A DNA stretch of 64,000 nt, taken from the NCBI RefSeq assembly GCF_001194135.2, contig NC_068982.1:152162715-152226714 (forward strand), read 5' to 3'. This DNA is from Octopus bimaculoides (taxonomy: Eukaryota). Below are positions 51,351 to 62,962 of this stretch, piece after piece. The position numbers were made by a program, and so were the translations under genes. The first letter of the stretch is position 1. Each line of letters starts with the position of its first letter. The notes below the pieces were generated by a model. The model had not been told where the DNA came from. It made no database searches and saw nothing but the letters and a program-made list of their open reading frames with translations.

Positions 51351-52323
51351 ACAAAAAAGAAAAATGAAAAAAAAAGCTAGCAATTTTTTTTTTTTTTTTG
51401 CTAACTAAGCACTCTTCAGGAATGTTGGTAAATGACTACCAAAGTACCATTCTATATAGCAATGGTAAAGTGGGAGTAAAAATATACAATACAACAACCT
51501 ATTGAAGAAGGTGTGGGAGTGTAAAGAAAAGAAGACATAAAATATGTTTTACAAGCCCAGGGAACTGTAAAAGTGCCTGTATTGGATAGATTACAATAAC
51601 TTATGACTGAATGGGTCGTCTTTTGATGATAACAGTTATTCAAAGATTGTACAAAAAAACTAAAAGAAAACAAAAAACAAACCGAAAATTTTGAAAAACA
51701 AAAATCCTAGTTCTTATAGATTAGCCTAAGTAGCGCCTCGCTATGCAAATTATTTTGTAGGTAACCATGGTGCTTTGTGGACAACGACTGCGGATAAAAT
51801 TAGTGGTTGACAAATTTTGTTGAAAGGTGTCTTTATGGGGCACTCAGGTGTATATATTTAAAGGTCCCTTGTATTTTTAGTCTTGGGGGATCTTTTGGTT
51901 GTTTTTGTTTGATTTTTTAAAAAATATTTCTATAAGTTAATATTCTGCCATGGTCTTCACACTATTTTTTGGGGTGTAGGTTTTTGGTATGAGTCGGCGC
52001 CTAATTAAGGTTTTTGNNNNNNNNNNNNNNNNNNNNNNNNNNNNNNNNNNNNNNNNNNNNNNNNNNNNNNNNNNNNNNNNNNNNNNNNNNNNNNNNNNNN
52101 NNNNNNNNNNNNNNNNNNNNNNNNNNNNNNNNNNNNNNNNNNNNNNNNNNNNNNNNNNNNNNNNNNNNNNNNNNNNNNNNNNNNNNNNNNNNNNNNNNNN
52201 NNNNNNNNNNNNNNNNNNNNNNNNNNNNNNNNNNNNNNNNNNNNATCCGCAACCACACGTTGATAAAATATGAAGAAACATACTTCAAACATTGTTCTTC
52301 TTTTCTTTCATTGATGTATTTTC

Positions 52324-52385
<62 letters not shown>

Positions 52386-52885
52386 GGGAGGGTAGTAAAT
52401 TTTTGTTTTAAGTTTCATTATTTACTTTTAGTTGTTTTTTTTTTTTTTACAATGTTACATTTTTGGGTTACTTTTTTATGTTATGTTTGTGTAGCCTTAC
52501 ACTTTTTTTCTAACGTTGAGCCCTGCTAATGATGAAACAGAACAGAACAGAGATCCTAGACAGACCGTTTGCAGTTTATTGAGTAATTGTTGAGTTTTAA
52601 TGAAGAATAACTAAGCTGAATGAAGATGTAGATATGTACAAAGATATCTTTCTAAATATCGATTTATTTTTGATAATTCCAAAGTACAACAAATTATGTA
52701 ATGCCTCTTATTGTTATGTATCAAGTATTGTAGAGTTTCATTTTGGTATCACTACTACAATAACATGATTATTACTAATATTATTATTACTGCCCTAGTA
52801 ATTGCAGTTCACATTTTCACACCAAAATGTCCCATATCTCTCTTTTAGGAATAAAAGAAAAAAAAACTTAAAAAATAACATTTTC

Positions 52886-52988
52886 AGTTTGTCACATTAT
52901 AATAGCTTGTCACATTCTAATAGTTTATCACATAATAATAGCTTGTCACAATCTAATAGCTTGTCACATGATGATAGTTTATCACATT
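52886..52988 (+). repeat. 18-bp minisatellite, about 5.7 units
   Basis: AG(C/T)TT(G/A)TCACAnnnTAAT repeated. Confidence 0.9.
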
Positions 52989-52990
52989 TC

Positions 52991-53660
52991 CTCACCGCAT
53001 AATTATTTCTAGTTATTTTTTAAACATGCCCTGCATTGTTTTTCATGCAGGAGGCATCTCTGAGAAATTTATTCTCTAAGCAATTCTAGTTCCCTATGCC
53101 AAACAATGTACTTTCTTGTACATTTACTTAGTGATTTTTTTCCATGACTACTTTGGTGAATATAGTGAAGTCTACGCTTTGCTGATGAGGTCATAATAAG
53201 GCCAAAACATGTCCAGAGTTGTATCCATACTTACTGAAATAATTAAAATAATATTAGTTAATGTCTAATATTGTTTTTTCCTCACTGCATAATTATTTCT
53301 AGTTCATTTTTAATGCTTCAGGCATTAAATATGTTAACACAAACACTTTTATTTTTATGTAGATGGTGTCTCTGAATAATTTATTCTTTAAACAAAATTC
53401 TAGTTTCCCATGCCAATCAGTGTACATTTTTGTACATTTACTTAGTGATTCTTCCACCACTACTTCAGCAAGTACTGTGAAGTCTATACTTTGCTGGTAA
53501 GGTCATAATAAGAGTAAAACATGTCTAAAGTTGTCTCCTGTACTGGCTGAAATAACTAAAATCATATTAGTCATTGACTAATATTGTTTTTCCTCACTAC
53601 TAATTATTTATAGTTAGCTTTGTAATGCTCCCTGCATTAAGTATGTTAACAATAACTGAA
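52991..53660 (+). repeat. Tandem ~290-312-bp repeat (2 full units plus a partial third), each full unit with a hammerhead relic
   Basis: Unit starts ctcac..cataattatttctagtt at 52991, 53281 and 53593; colinear similarity across units. Confidence 0.85.
53174..53223 (+). ncRNA. Minimal type I hammerhead ribozyme, G12A variant (probably impaired)
   Basis: gctttg CTGATGA GGTC ataataa GGCC AAAAC AT GTC cagagt: core box, 4-bp stem II, palindromic ACATGT stem III, GUC triplet and 6-bp stem I are all present; G12 is replaced by A at 53204. Confidence 0.7.
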
Positions 53661-53828
53661 CACATTATGATAATTTGCATTTAATATTTTCCTTCTGTTT
53701 AGGATAAGAATAATTCTATTTTCCAGATTATAATTATTTGTCCCCTCTCTCTGACTGTCTTTCTCTCTCTCTGTTTGTCTATCTGTCTCTGTCTGTCTCT
53801 CAGTCTCTCAGTCTCTCTCTTTCTCTCC

Positions 53829-53866
<38 letters not shown>

Positions 53867-54944
53867 ACTCAGTCTCTATTTTACTTTCTCTCCCCCCCCT
53901 GTCTTCTCTGCCTCATTCTCATAATCTGTCTGTCCATTTGTCTGTCTCCAACTGTCTCTCCCCCCCCACTTCTCTTCTCTGTGTTCAGGTGTTCCACTCA
54001 CTCACTCACTCTCATTTCTCATTAGATCTACACCTTTCTTTATTTTTTTTTTTCCGTTCATGACTATGCTTTATCTTCATAAGAAACATGTAGATGAACA
54101 ACATTGCAAACATTTTGGATGTAAGTCAATAAAAAGAAAAAACTCTGAAAACGAAACTGCATACTTTTTGTATTTAGTAGACAAACTCCTTAACTCGATT
54201 AATTATCTTTAATTGGATCAACAGATAACCCTTTAATACACTATAATTTTAAGTAATCTGAGATTTCTTTCAGAAGTATCACCAGTGATCCAATTTACCC
54301 CATGTTGTAACAATAAAACTCATTTTATTTGACAGTAAACTTATTTACTTATTCTTAATCTTCATTACATGTAATCCTTTTTCTTCTTTTTTTTTTGTTT
54401 ATTTTCCTTTCTAATTGAGTTTCTTTTGTTGTTGTTGCTGTTGTTTTTGTTGTTGTTATTTTCTTTTGGTAAGACATCTTCAAGTAAATCTCTTTAAAAT
54501 TAACTCCTAAGAAATGAACAAGCTTCATAAATGTTATTCAATAACTTTTTTTAGCTTCTCATTTCTCAAAGAAACTACAAAGATATACAATACAGAATTT
54601 CATGGATTTCAAAGAAAACAAGGAAGCCTCTATGTGGCTGCTTGACCTGCTAGAAATAGCAGCCACATCTTCCTAAAATCACACCAACACACCCTATCAT
54701 CTTAAAAAAAAAAAAAGAATGACAGGAAGCATAGGATAAATCACTCATGCATTCATTATGTTTGAAAAAAAGGTGGGATGGTCATGGCTGGATCACCTTT
54801 GATTATAGTTTGGTTGATCAAGACTGGTCTTTGACTTAAAATAAACAAGAAAGAGAAATGTTAAAAGTTCAATGAATGAAATGGTATGAAATTAATGTAA
54901 ATGTAATCTACTATTGTAAGATTTTGATAGAGAAGGATACCTGC

Positions 54945-55505
54945 AAAAAGGACATTTTAGTAAAGAAAGATAATTGGTAAAGAAGGACATTTATTAAAGA
55001 AGGACAAATGCTATGAGAGGATACTTGGAAAGAGCATAATTGATAATGAAAGACATTTGGAAAGGAAGAACATTTGGTAAAGAAGGATAATTAGTAAGTA
55101 CATTTAGTAAGGAAGAATGTTAAGTAAGAAATGATATTTCATAAGTAAGGTTATTTGGCAAAGGGAGACATTTAGTAAGGAAGGATATTTGGTAATGAAA
55201 GATATTTAGTAAATGAGGACATTTAGCAAGGAAGTATGTATGATAAGGCAGGATGCTTGCAAATGAAAGACATTTCATAAGGAAGGGTATGTGGTAATGA
55301 AAAACAGTATGGGAAAATATTTGGTAATAAAAGGTATTTGGCAAGGAAAAATAAATGATAGTAAAGGATATTTAAAAAAAGAAGAACAATTGATAAGGCA
55401 GGATATTTGGCAAGGAAAGACAATTTGTAAGGCAGGATGGATATTTGGCAAGGAAGGACAATTGGTAAAGGCAGGATATTTGGCAAGGGAGGACGTTTGG
55501 TAAGG
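54945..55505 (+). repeat. Degenerate purine-rich minisatellite (about 17-18-nt period)
   Basis: Recurrent AAGGAAGGA(C/T)ATTTGG(T/C)A-like units. Confidence 0.75.
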
Positions 55506-55929
55506 AATTATTACTTAAAACAATAGTTACATTATTTCTTAAAGTTGTTTGCAATAATATTTCCAGCAAAATGCAAGTAAAAAAAGTAAATAGATAGATA
55601 ACTGGATGGTTGCACAGATGGATGAATGAATGGATGGATGGATAAATGGATAAATGGATGGGTGGATGAATTGACAAGTAGATGGATAAATGGATAAGTG
55701 GATATGAGGGTTAATTGGCAGTTACATACAGAGTTTGATAAATAAAAAAAATGTTGTGGACTGAAAACTAGCGATAGTTTCTGATTTAGGCAAAAATCCA
55801 GCAATTTTGAGGATATCAATGTCAATGCTAGAGTGGTAATTTTATCAGCCTTGTTCTCAATAGAATTTGAACTCAGAATTTTAACAGCTGAAAAAAATAC
55901 CACAGACATGATGACCTTACAAGCTTGCT

Positions 55930-55990
<61 letters not shown>

Positions 55991-57126
55991 TGATGATGAT
56001 GATATAACACGTACTCTATACAATCAACACCCAATAAAATAATGCAAAACACATTCATACATAATCAATACTTGACACTAAAATGCTAACAACTCGCTTT
56101 CTCACAGTTGCTATAGTACAATCCATACAGCACATATGCTACACAATCACAACATGACATGAATCCACCAATAATACCAATTAATAAAAGTAACTTGAGT
56201 CACATTGAACATAACTCAACACATTAAATGAAACATAATTAACATCAGAAACCCAAAAAAACCCCACAACTAAGTGAAAATATATCTACATTAAATGAAC
56301 ACATTACTGCACTCAGCTCAGGAATATTTCCATATACACACACACACACAGATATATATAAACACATACTTATATATGTATACACATATATATACATACA
56401 CATACATAGACATACACATACATACACATATACATATATANNNNNNNNNNNNNNNNNNNNNNNNNNNNNNNNNNNNNNNNNNNNNNNNNNNNNNNNNNNN
56501 NNNNNNNNNNNNNNNNNNNNNNNNNNNNNNNNNNNNNNNNNNNNNNNNNNNNNNNNNNNNNNNNNNNNNNNNNNNNNNNNNNNNNNNNNNNNNNNNNNNN
56601 NNNNNNNNNNNNNNNNNNNNNNNNNNNNNNNNNNNNNNNNNNNNNNNNNNNNNNNNNNNNNNNNNNNNNNNNNNNNNNNNNNNNNNNNNNNNNNNNNNNN
56701 NNNNNNNNNNNNNNNNNNNNNNNNNNNNNNNNNNNNNNNNNNNNNNNNNNNNNNNNNNNNNNNNNNNNNNNNNNNNNNNNNNNNNNNNNNNNNNNNNNNN
56801 NNNNNNNNNNNNNNNNNNNNNNNNNNNNNNNNNNNNNNNNNNNNNNNNNNNNNNNNNNNNNNNNNNNNNNNNNNNNNNNNNNNNNNNNNNNNNNNNNNNN
56901 NNNNNNNNNNNNNNNNNNNNNNNNNNNNNNNNNNNNNNNNNNNNNNNNNNNNNNNNNNNNNNNNNNNNNNNNNNNNNNNNNNNNNNNNNNNNNNNNNNNN
57001 NNNNNNNNNNNNNNNNNNNNNNNNNNNNNNNNNNNNNNNNNNNNNNNNNNNNNNNNNNNNNNNNNNNNNNNNNNNNNNNNNNNNNNNNNNNNNNNNNNNN
57101 NNNNNNNNNNNNNNNNNNNNNNNNNN

Positions 57127-57170
<44 letters not shown>

Positions 57171-57828
57171 AACAAAATTGAACATACATACACCTTGTGT
57201 ATCTGTCTGTTCGTGGGTTGGCTGCATTTTAGATCCACGAATAAACAATACACACACCTTGTGTATGTGTGTTCGATTTTGTTTATATTCCTTGAACTGC
57301 TTCTAATTCATATTTGAATATATATATATATATATATACAAATAAATATATATGTACACAAATATATATAAACATGTATATGCATGTATAGATTTTTTGT
57401 ACATATATATATGTATATATATATAGATAGATGCATATAAGATATAAATATATGTAACGTAATATATATAAATATGTGTGTTTGTGAGTGCATGTGCGTT
57501 TGTAATATGCATATATAGTATATAGATGTAATATATATGCAGACAGACAAACTGATGAACAGTTGCCTAAATACACATTTGGATCATGAATTAGCATCTT
57601 GGATTAAGAAAATATTGTGTAGTACTTAGTTAGACCCATTTAGTTGGAACCATTTTCATTTTCAGTTTCAAGTTTTACCCATTCCAACTTTGCCTTTACT
57701 CTTTCCATAGACAAAATATTGATGTCCATATATATTCAATTAAACCTATGTAAGCAATGTTCTAGTATGTCCAAAATCCAATGACTGCAAGCTAAAAGTA
57801 GAAATGTGTGAGTGTGTGTTTGGTGGGG

Positions 57829-57862
<34 letters not shown>

Positions 57863-58419
57863 CTGTATGTATGCATGTTTGTATGTATATATATATATGT
57901 GTGTGTGTCTGTGTACATTATACTCACACACACACACACGCACACACATATATAATATGCACACACACACACACACACACATATATAAGCAAATATGTCC
58001 TTTGGATTGAATTAGCAATGTTTTTTTTTTCCTTTGCATACAAGATCTGGAGGAGAGGTTAGTGCCTAGGGGTACAGGGCCTAGATAGCTGGCCAGCTGG
58101 ATACAAGGGGTAGAAAATGAGCAGGATGAGAATGCTGAATAAAGGTAGTGTAACCCCCAGCTGCTTTGAAGAGGAGAAGCCATTATAGTAGGTACACAGA
58201 GAAGGCAGCTCACCTGTAAGTCAGAGACTGGTTCATGTCAGTGAGTGACATTATGTTAATTGGAAGGCCCTTTTCTGGAATGACTGCATATGCAGCAGCA
58301 GCAGCAGTAGTGTTTTCCTGGATGTGAGAGAAATACTGCATTAATTATAGTCAATCCTTTCATATCAAATTAAATTAAAAATAAAATAAATGCCAACCTA
58401 GCTTTCACTGGCTTGGACT

Positions 58420-58660
58420 CAAATCATGTAAAGCCTCTACACCTTAAGATTAATCTTAATTCAGCATTGAGAGCCTCATCCATGTTCTGTAGAGTATTGA
58501 TAACTGTTGGAGGCCAAAGATTATTGATAATTGTCAAAGGCTGAAGTATCTTTTGGCATGAAACAAAAGACAAGTCTTTGGGATGCAGTCCTAACTTGAC
58601 TAAGAATGTGGCTTTAGTAGGATTGATCCTCCATGATAGTGAAACTAACAACTAAAGTAA
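58420..58660 (-). mobile_element. Possible very decayed CR1/L2/Jockey-group RT fragment
   Basis: WRINPTKATF...KLGLHPKDLSF loosely resembles W..xNPxK...LGxxFxxDLSW; weak. Confidence 0.3.
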
Positions 58661-59104
58661 TTTTGAGATGTCCTACTGAATACTGTCCATGATTAAACAG
58701 AGTGTAATGTGATATTCCTTTCTTGATAGAAGGTCAGCAGTCATCATCATCATCATTTAACATTCATTGTCCATGTGGCATGGGTATCTACCAAAACTAT
58801 ATATGATATATAAATGAGTAAATGGCTTCCATTTTAAAGCTACTAATTTATTACATAAAACTGAGTGTAAAGGACTAATATTTTGATGTTAGACAAGCAC
58901 ATAATACTATATACCATGAGTTACATTCCAGAATTACATTAACACAGTTTCATAGAAGCATAGTCAAAACTGCTCACTGCCATTACTGAGTGATAAGTAT
59001 TTGCATGTGTATGCGTTACATTGCATGCTTGTTGGTCTCTGATGATTTAACTAATTTTAAGTGAGATTTTTCATCCACTGGACTGTATAGAAAAGTAATA
59101 ATGA

Positions 59105-59182
<78 letters not shown>

Positions 59183-59371
59183 ACGCATATATATACATAT
59201 ATATATATATATGCATATATTTGCATACATATATGTGTGTGTGCTTGTGTGCGTGTGTATGTGGATTACATTTATGAACGTGTGTGTGTATACACACACA
59301 CATATATATTTACATATATACATACATATATATACATACACACACACACACACACATATATATATGCATAC

Positions 59372-59407
<36 letters not shown>

Positions 59408-59524
59408 AAACATATATATATGTGTATGTTTGTGTGTGTGTGCATATATATTGTAAAATATATATGTATGCATATATATTGTAATATATATGTATGTATA
59501 TACATATTTATATATATGTATATA

Positions 59525-59555
<31 letters not shown>

Positions 59556-59772
59556 NNNNNNNNNNNNNNNNNNNNNNNNNNNNNNNNNNNNNNNNNNNNN
59601 NNNNNNNNNNNNNNNNNNNNNNNNNNNNNNNNNNNNNNNNNNNNNNNNNNNNNNNNNNNNNNNNNNNNNNNNNNNNNNNNNNNNNNNNNNNNNNNNNNNN
59701 NNNNNNNNNNNNNNNNNNATATATATGTATATACACATTCACATATATTCATACATACACATATATATATTA

Positions 59773-59777
59773 TCATT

Positions 59778-59808
<31 letters not shown>

Positions 59809-60000
59809 CCACCACCATCACCATCATTTTACTTCCACTTTCCATGCTGGCATGGATTGGATGATTAATCACAGTCCAAGAACAGTTCTTATTTAGTATT
59901 CCTATTCTCCAAGACTGGTCAAATGACCATATCTTGCTTGTACATATCATTTTTGGCTTAGTTTTTCACAGATTGCCACTCTTCATTTCACCTGCCACTT
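59773..60000 (-). mobile_element. Antisense RTE 3' end
   Basis: (CAT)n-cttccactttccatgctggcatgg tail preceded by a decayed ORF end. Confidence 0.6.
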
Positions 60001-60782
60001 TAGAGAATGTACTGAGAGCATTTTATCATGCACCAGCCTTAATGGGGTCACTTTGACCCCTGTAATATTAGAGAGTTTTCACTTGTCTATGGTGTGCTTA
60101 TTGTTTGGAGGCAACAATACCAAGAAAATGAAGAGAAAAATGAGATAGAGTGACAGAGACAGAAAGAGAGAGAGAGAGAGATGACAGAAATACCAGGATG
60201 AGTAGAAGAAGGGAGCATAAGTTTGATGATAGAAACAGAGTCATTTGGATAAGAGCATGACTGCAGGGGAGATAGCTTGATGGATGGCAGTAGAGGTGAG
60301 TGATGGTAAGAGTGAGTGATGTATTCCCATAGCAAGTGATAGGGGTGAGGGAATTATTGAGTACATAAAGTGTGATGTTAGAGTGTATGGGTTATAAACA
60401 GATTTGATGCAATACCTTATACATAGGTTCCATGATAGGTAATAGAAGTAGAGTGATAAGCATGGTAGTAGGAGTAACTGAATACATGTGGGACCAACTT
60501 CATCTCTCATTACATGGGTGATGTGGTTCAGTGAATAGAAGGGAAAGTGCCTGGGATTTGAAAGGTTCAGAAAGGCCCAATGATATTCTTTCTTACACAG
60601 GAAACATGGAATTCACTGCTAGCCTTGGCTACAGTGGCAGCATAATAGTTGTACAGTAAATAGTGAAGAGGGTGACTGTAGAGAGGAATAAAGAGATGAG
60701 AGGGTATCGATGACCAGTCTAAATAAACTATTATATTCTATGTTTTGTGCTGAGTACTTTGTTTCTGGATCATTAATCAGCA

Positions 60783-60816
<34 letters not shown>

Positions 60817-60822
<6 letters not shown>

Positions 60823-60978
60823 ATTTATTCTTAGTAATGAGATAAAAAACCAAGGCTGTGTGCACCATAGAACATTTATAAATAGAAGGTCTTACAGATG
60901 TAAGACCTTCTATTTATAAATGTTCTATAATGCACACAGCCTTGGTCTTTTATCTCATTACGAAAAAGAAATCCTTAT
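60817..60978. mobile_element. Palindromic MITE-like fold-back (about 80-bp arms, 2-nt centre)
   Basis: 60834-60896 pairs with 60899-60961 with 3 mismatches and extends imperfectly to 60817/60978; TA at 60818-60819 and 60976-60977. Confidence 0.88.
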
Positions 60979-61122
60979 CTTTACATGCTGATATATGACC
61001 TACGTTGGACCCCTTATTCGCATAATCACTAAACCTGGAGCTTAACTATGGTCTATCCATAGTACTTACTTAGCATCACCTGAAACCTCTGGGTCTAATT
61101 GACACCACTATCGCTCATAACC

Positions 61123-61154
<32 letters not shown>

Positions 61155-61353
61155 AGATTTAAGGATTGATGTGTAGGAAGAAAGTTAGCCTCAAGCAAAC
61201 TGTAATAAATATTAAAAAAAAAACTTTCAGGGACAATAGTGGTTTATTGAGACAAAGGTTATGGATTTTTATCTTATTGAAGTATGATAAATTGAAAAAA
61301 GTTCTTTTTATATTTCAAAAATTGCCAGGTATGCAAATAAGAATACACGAGTA

Positions 61354-61644
61354 AAGGAATAGAGTAGATAAGATCCAGGCTACATATGTTTCATAGCAAG
61401 CAGAAACTCAGAAGTGGTAAATATCCAAGCAAGGTGTATACCACAGGCTACTCTTTGAGCCAAGAATTCAGCCTTCCATGTGTTAACATATACCTCCTTG
61501 CAACACTGTAAACTTTCATTTAACCAAGATATTCTTGGCCTGAAGAGTAGTCTACAGTATATAACTCGTTTAGATATTTACCACTTCCAAGGTTCCATTC
61601 GCTATGAAACATATGTAGCCCAGATTTAATCTACTCCATTCCTT
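61354..61644. mobile_element. Old MITE with 114-bp inverted arms and a 63-nt spacer
   Basis: 61354-61467 versus the reverse complement of 61531-61644: ungapped, 24 differences, 21 of them transitions. Confidence 0.85.
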
Positions 61645-61797
61645 AATTCTGGTATGTATATATATATATATATATATNNNNNNNNNNNNNNNNNNNNNNN
61701 NNNNNNNNNNNNNNNNNNNNNNNNNNNNNNNNNNNNNNNNNNNNNNNNNNNNNNNNNNNNNNNNNNNNNNNNNNNNNNNNNNNNNNNNNNNATATAT

Positions 61798-61963
61798 CTG
61801 AGTGGTTGGCGTTAGGAAGGGCATCCAGCTGTAGAAACTCTGCCAAATCAGACTGGAGCCTGGTGTTGCCATCCGGTTTCACCAGTCCTCAGTCAAATCG
61901 TCCAACCCATGCTAGCATGGAAAGCGGACGTTAAACGATGATGATGATGATGATGATGATGAT
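61798..61963 (+). mobile_element. Young RTE 3' UTR copy (5' part lost in gap)
   Basis: Family tail with (GAT)n. Confidence 0.8.
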
Positions 61964-62583
61964 ATATATGTATATTGTATGCATGTGTGAGCATATGTGT
62001 GTGCATGTGTATGTGTGTATAAATGGATGGATGAATGTGTAGTGTATATGTGTGAGTGAATGCCTGTGGATATGTGTTTCTACGTACATGTGCCTCTAAC
62101 TGTATTTGTTTATGTGTGTGTGTGTGTATGAATATTCTTGACTGTCTTTTTTATTTTTGTGTTATCAATTATTATTTATTTAACATTTGCATTATTACCT
62201 CTTTAAATAACCTCCTGCAGTTATCGTTTCTCTTCTAGAAATAGCAAATTTATGTTATAGAGTAGCCTTGTGGACTGAAAAAGAACAGAAAATCTATGCA
62301 GTCCCTATATATTATTTTCTATACCATTATTTTTTTATATTTTATTATATTATTCATTTCTTATCACCTTTTTACTAAATTCTGGACCTCATTATAAAAG
62401 TATCATAGATATTTATGACGTAAGTATAGTTGTGCCATTAACAAGTTCAGCTTGCAATCACATGCTACCAAGTTTGATCTCATTGTATGGCAACTATGCT
62501 AACTGTATGGAAGACAATCAAAGACACATACAGATACACATACATACATAAATACATACATACATGTGTGTGTGTGCATGTGC

Positions 62584-62625
<42 letters not shown>

Positions 62626-62793
62626 ATGCGTGCACACATATATAAATAGTATATACATATGTAATGAAAAATCATTAAAGAATGAAGTTTATTGTTCAAT
62701 TTTCACATTAGCCTTAGTAAATCAACCTTAAATAATACCATTTCCATGTTAACGGCTACTGGTCCATCTTGTACATTTATATTATGTATAAGT

Positions 62794-62962
62794 CATCATC
62801 ATAATCTTTTAACATCCGTCTTCCATGCTGGCATCGGTCGTATGGTTTCACAGGATCCAGTGGGTCTGAGGACTGCATCATGCTTCAATGTCTACTTTGG
62901 TATGGTTTCTACAATTGGATACCCTCCCTAATGCCAACCACTTTACAGTGTGTACTGGGTGC
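62794..62962 (-). mobile_element. Antisense decayed RTE 3' UTR copy
   Basis: catcatc...ttaacatccgtcttccatgctggc...taatgccaaccactttacagtgtg. Confidence 0.7.

Larger units (their letters stand above)
1460..61791. other. Assembly gaps: 1460-1563, 10933-11188, 12502-12610, 33526-34253, 42555-42823, 44138-44147, 52017-52244, 56441-57126, 59556-59718, 61678-61791
   Basis: N runs, most abutting (TA)n tracts; distances across them are approximate. Confidence 0.99.

Noticed and set aside
51700-52260. GC-richer stretch with an octamer (ATGCAAAT) in the 3' flank
   Set aside because: Adjacent to an N gap, so possibly low-quality sequence; a single 8-mer is not evidence of function.
52886-53660. CRISPR-like or prokaryotic interpretation of the regular repeats
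   Set aside because: No unique spacers between identical repeats, no cas genes, and the context is a spliced eukaryotic gene.
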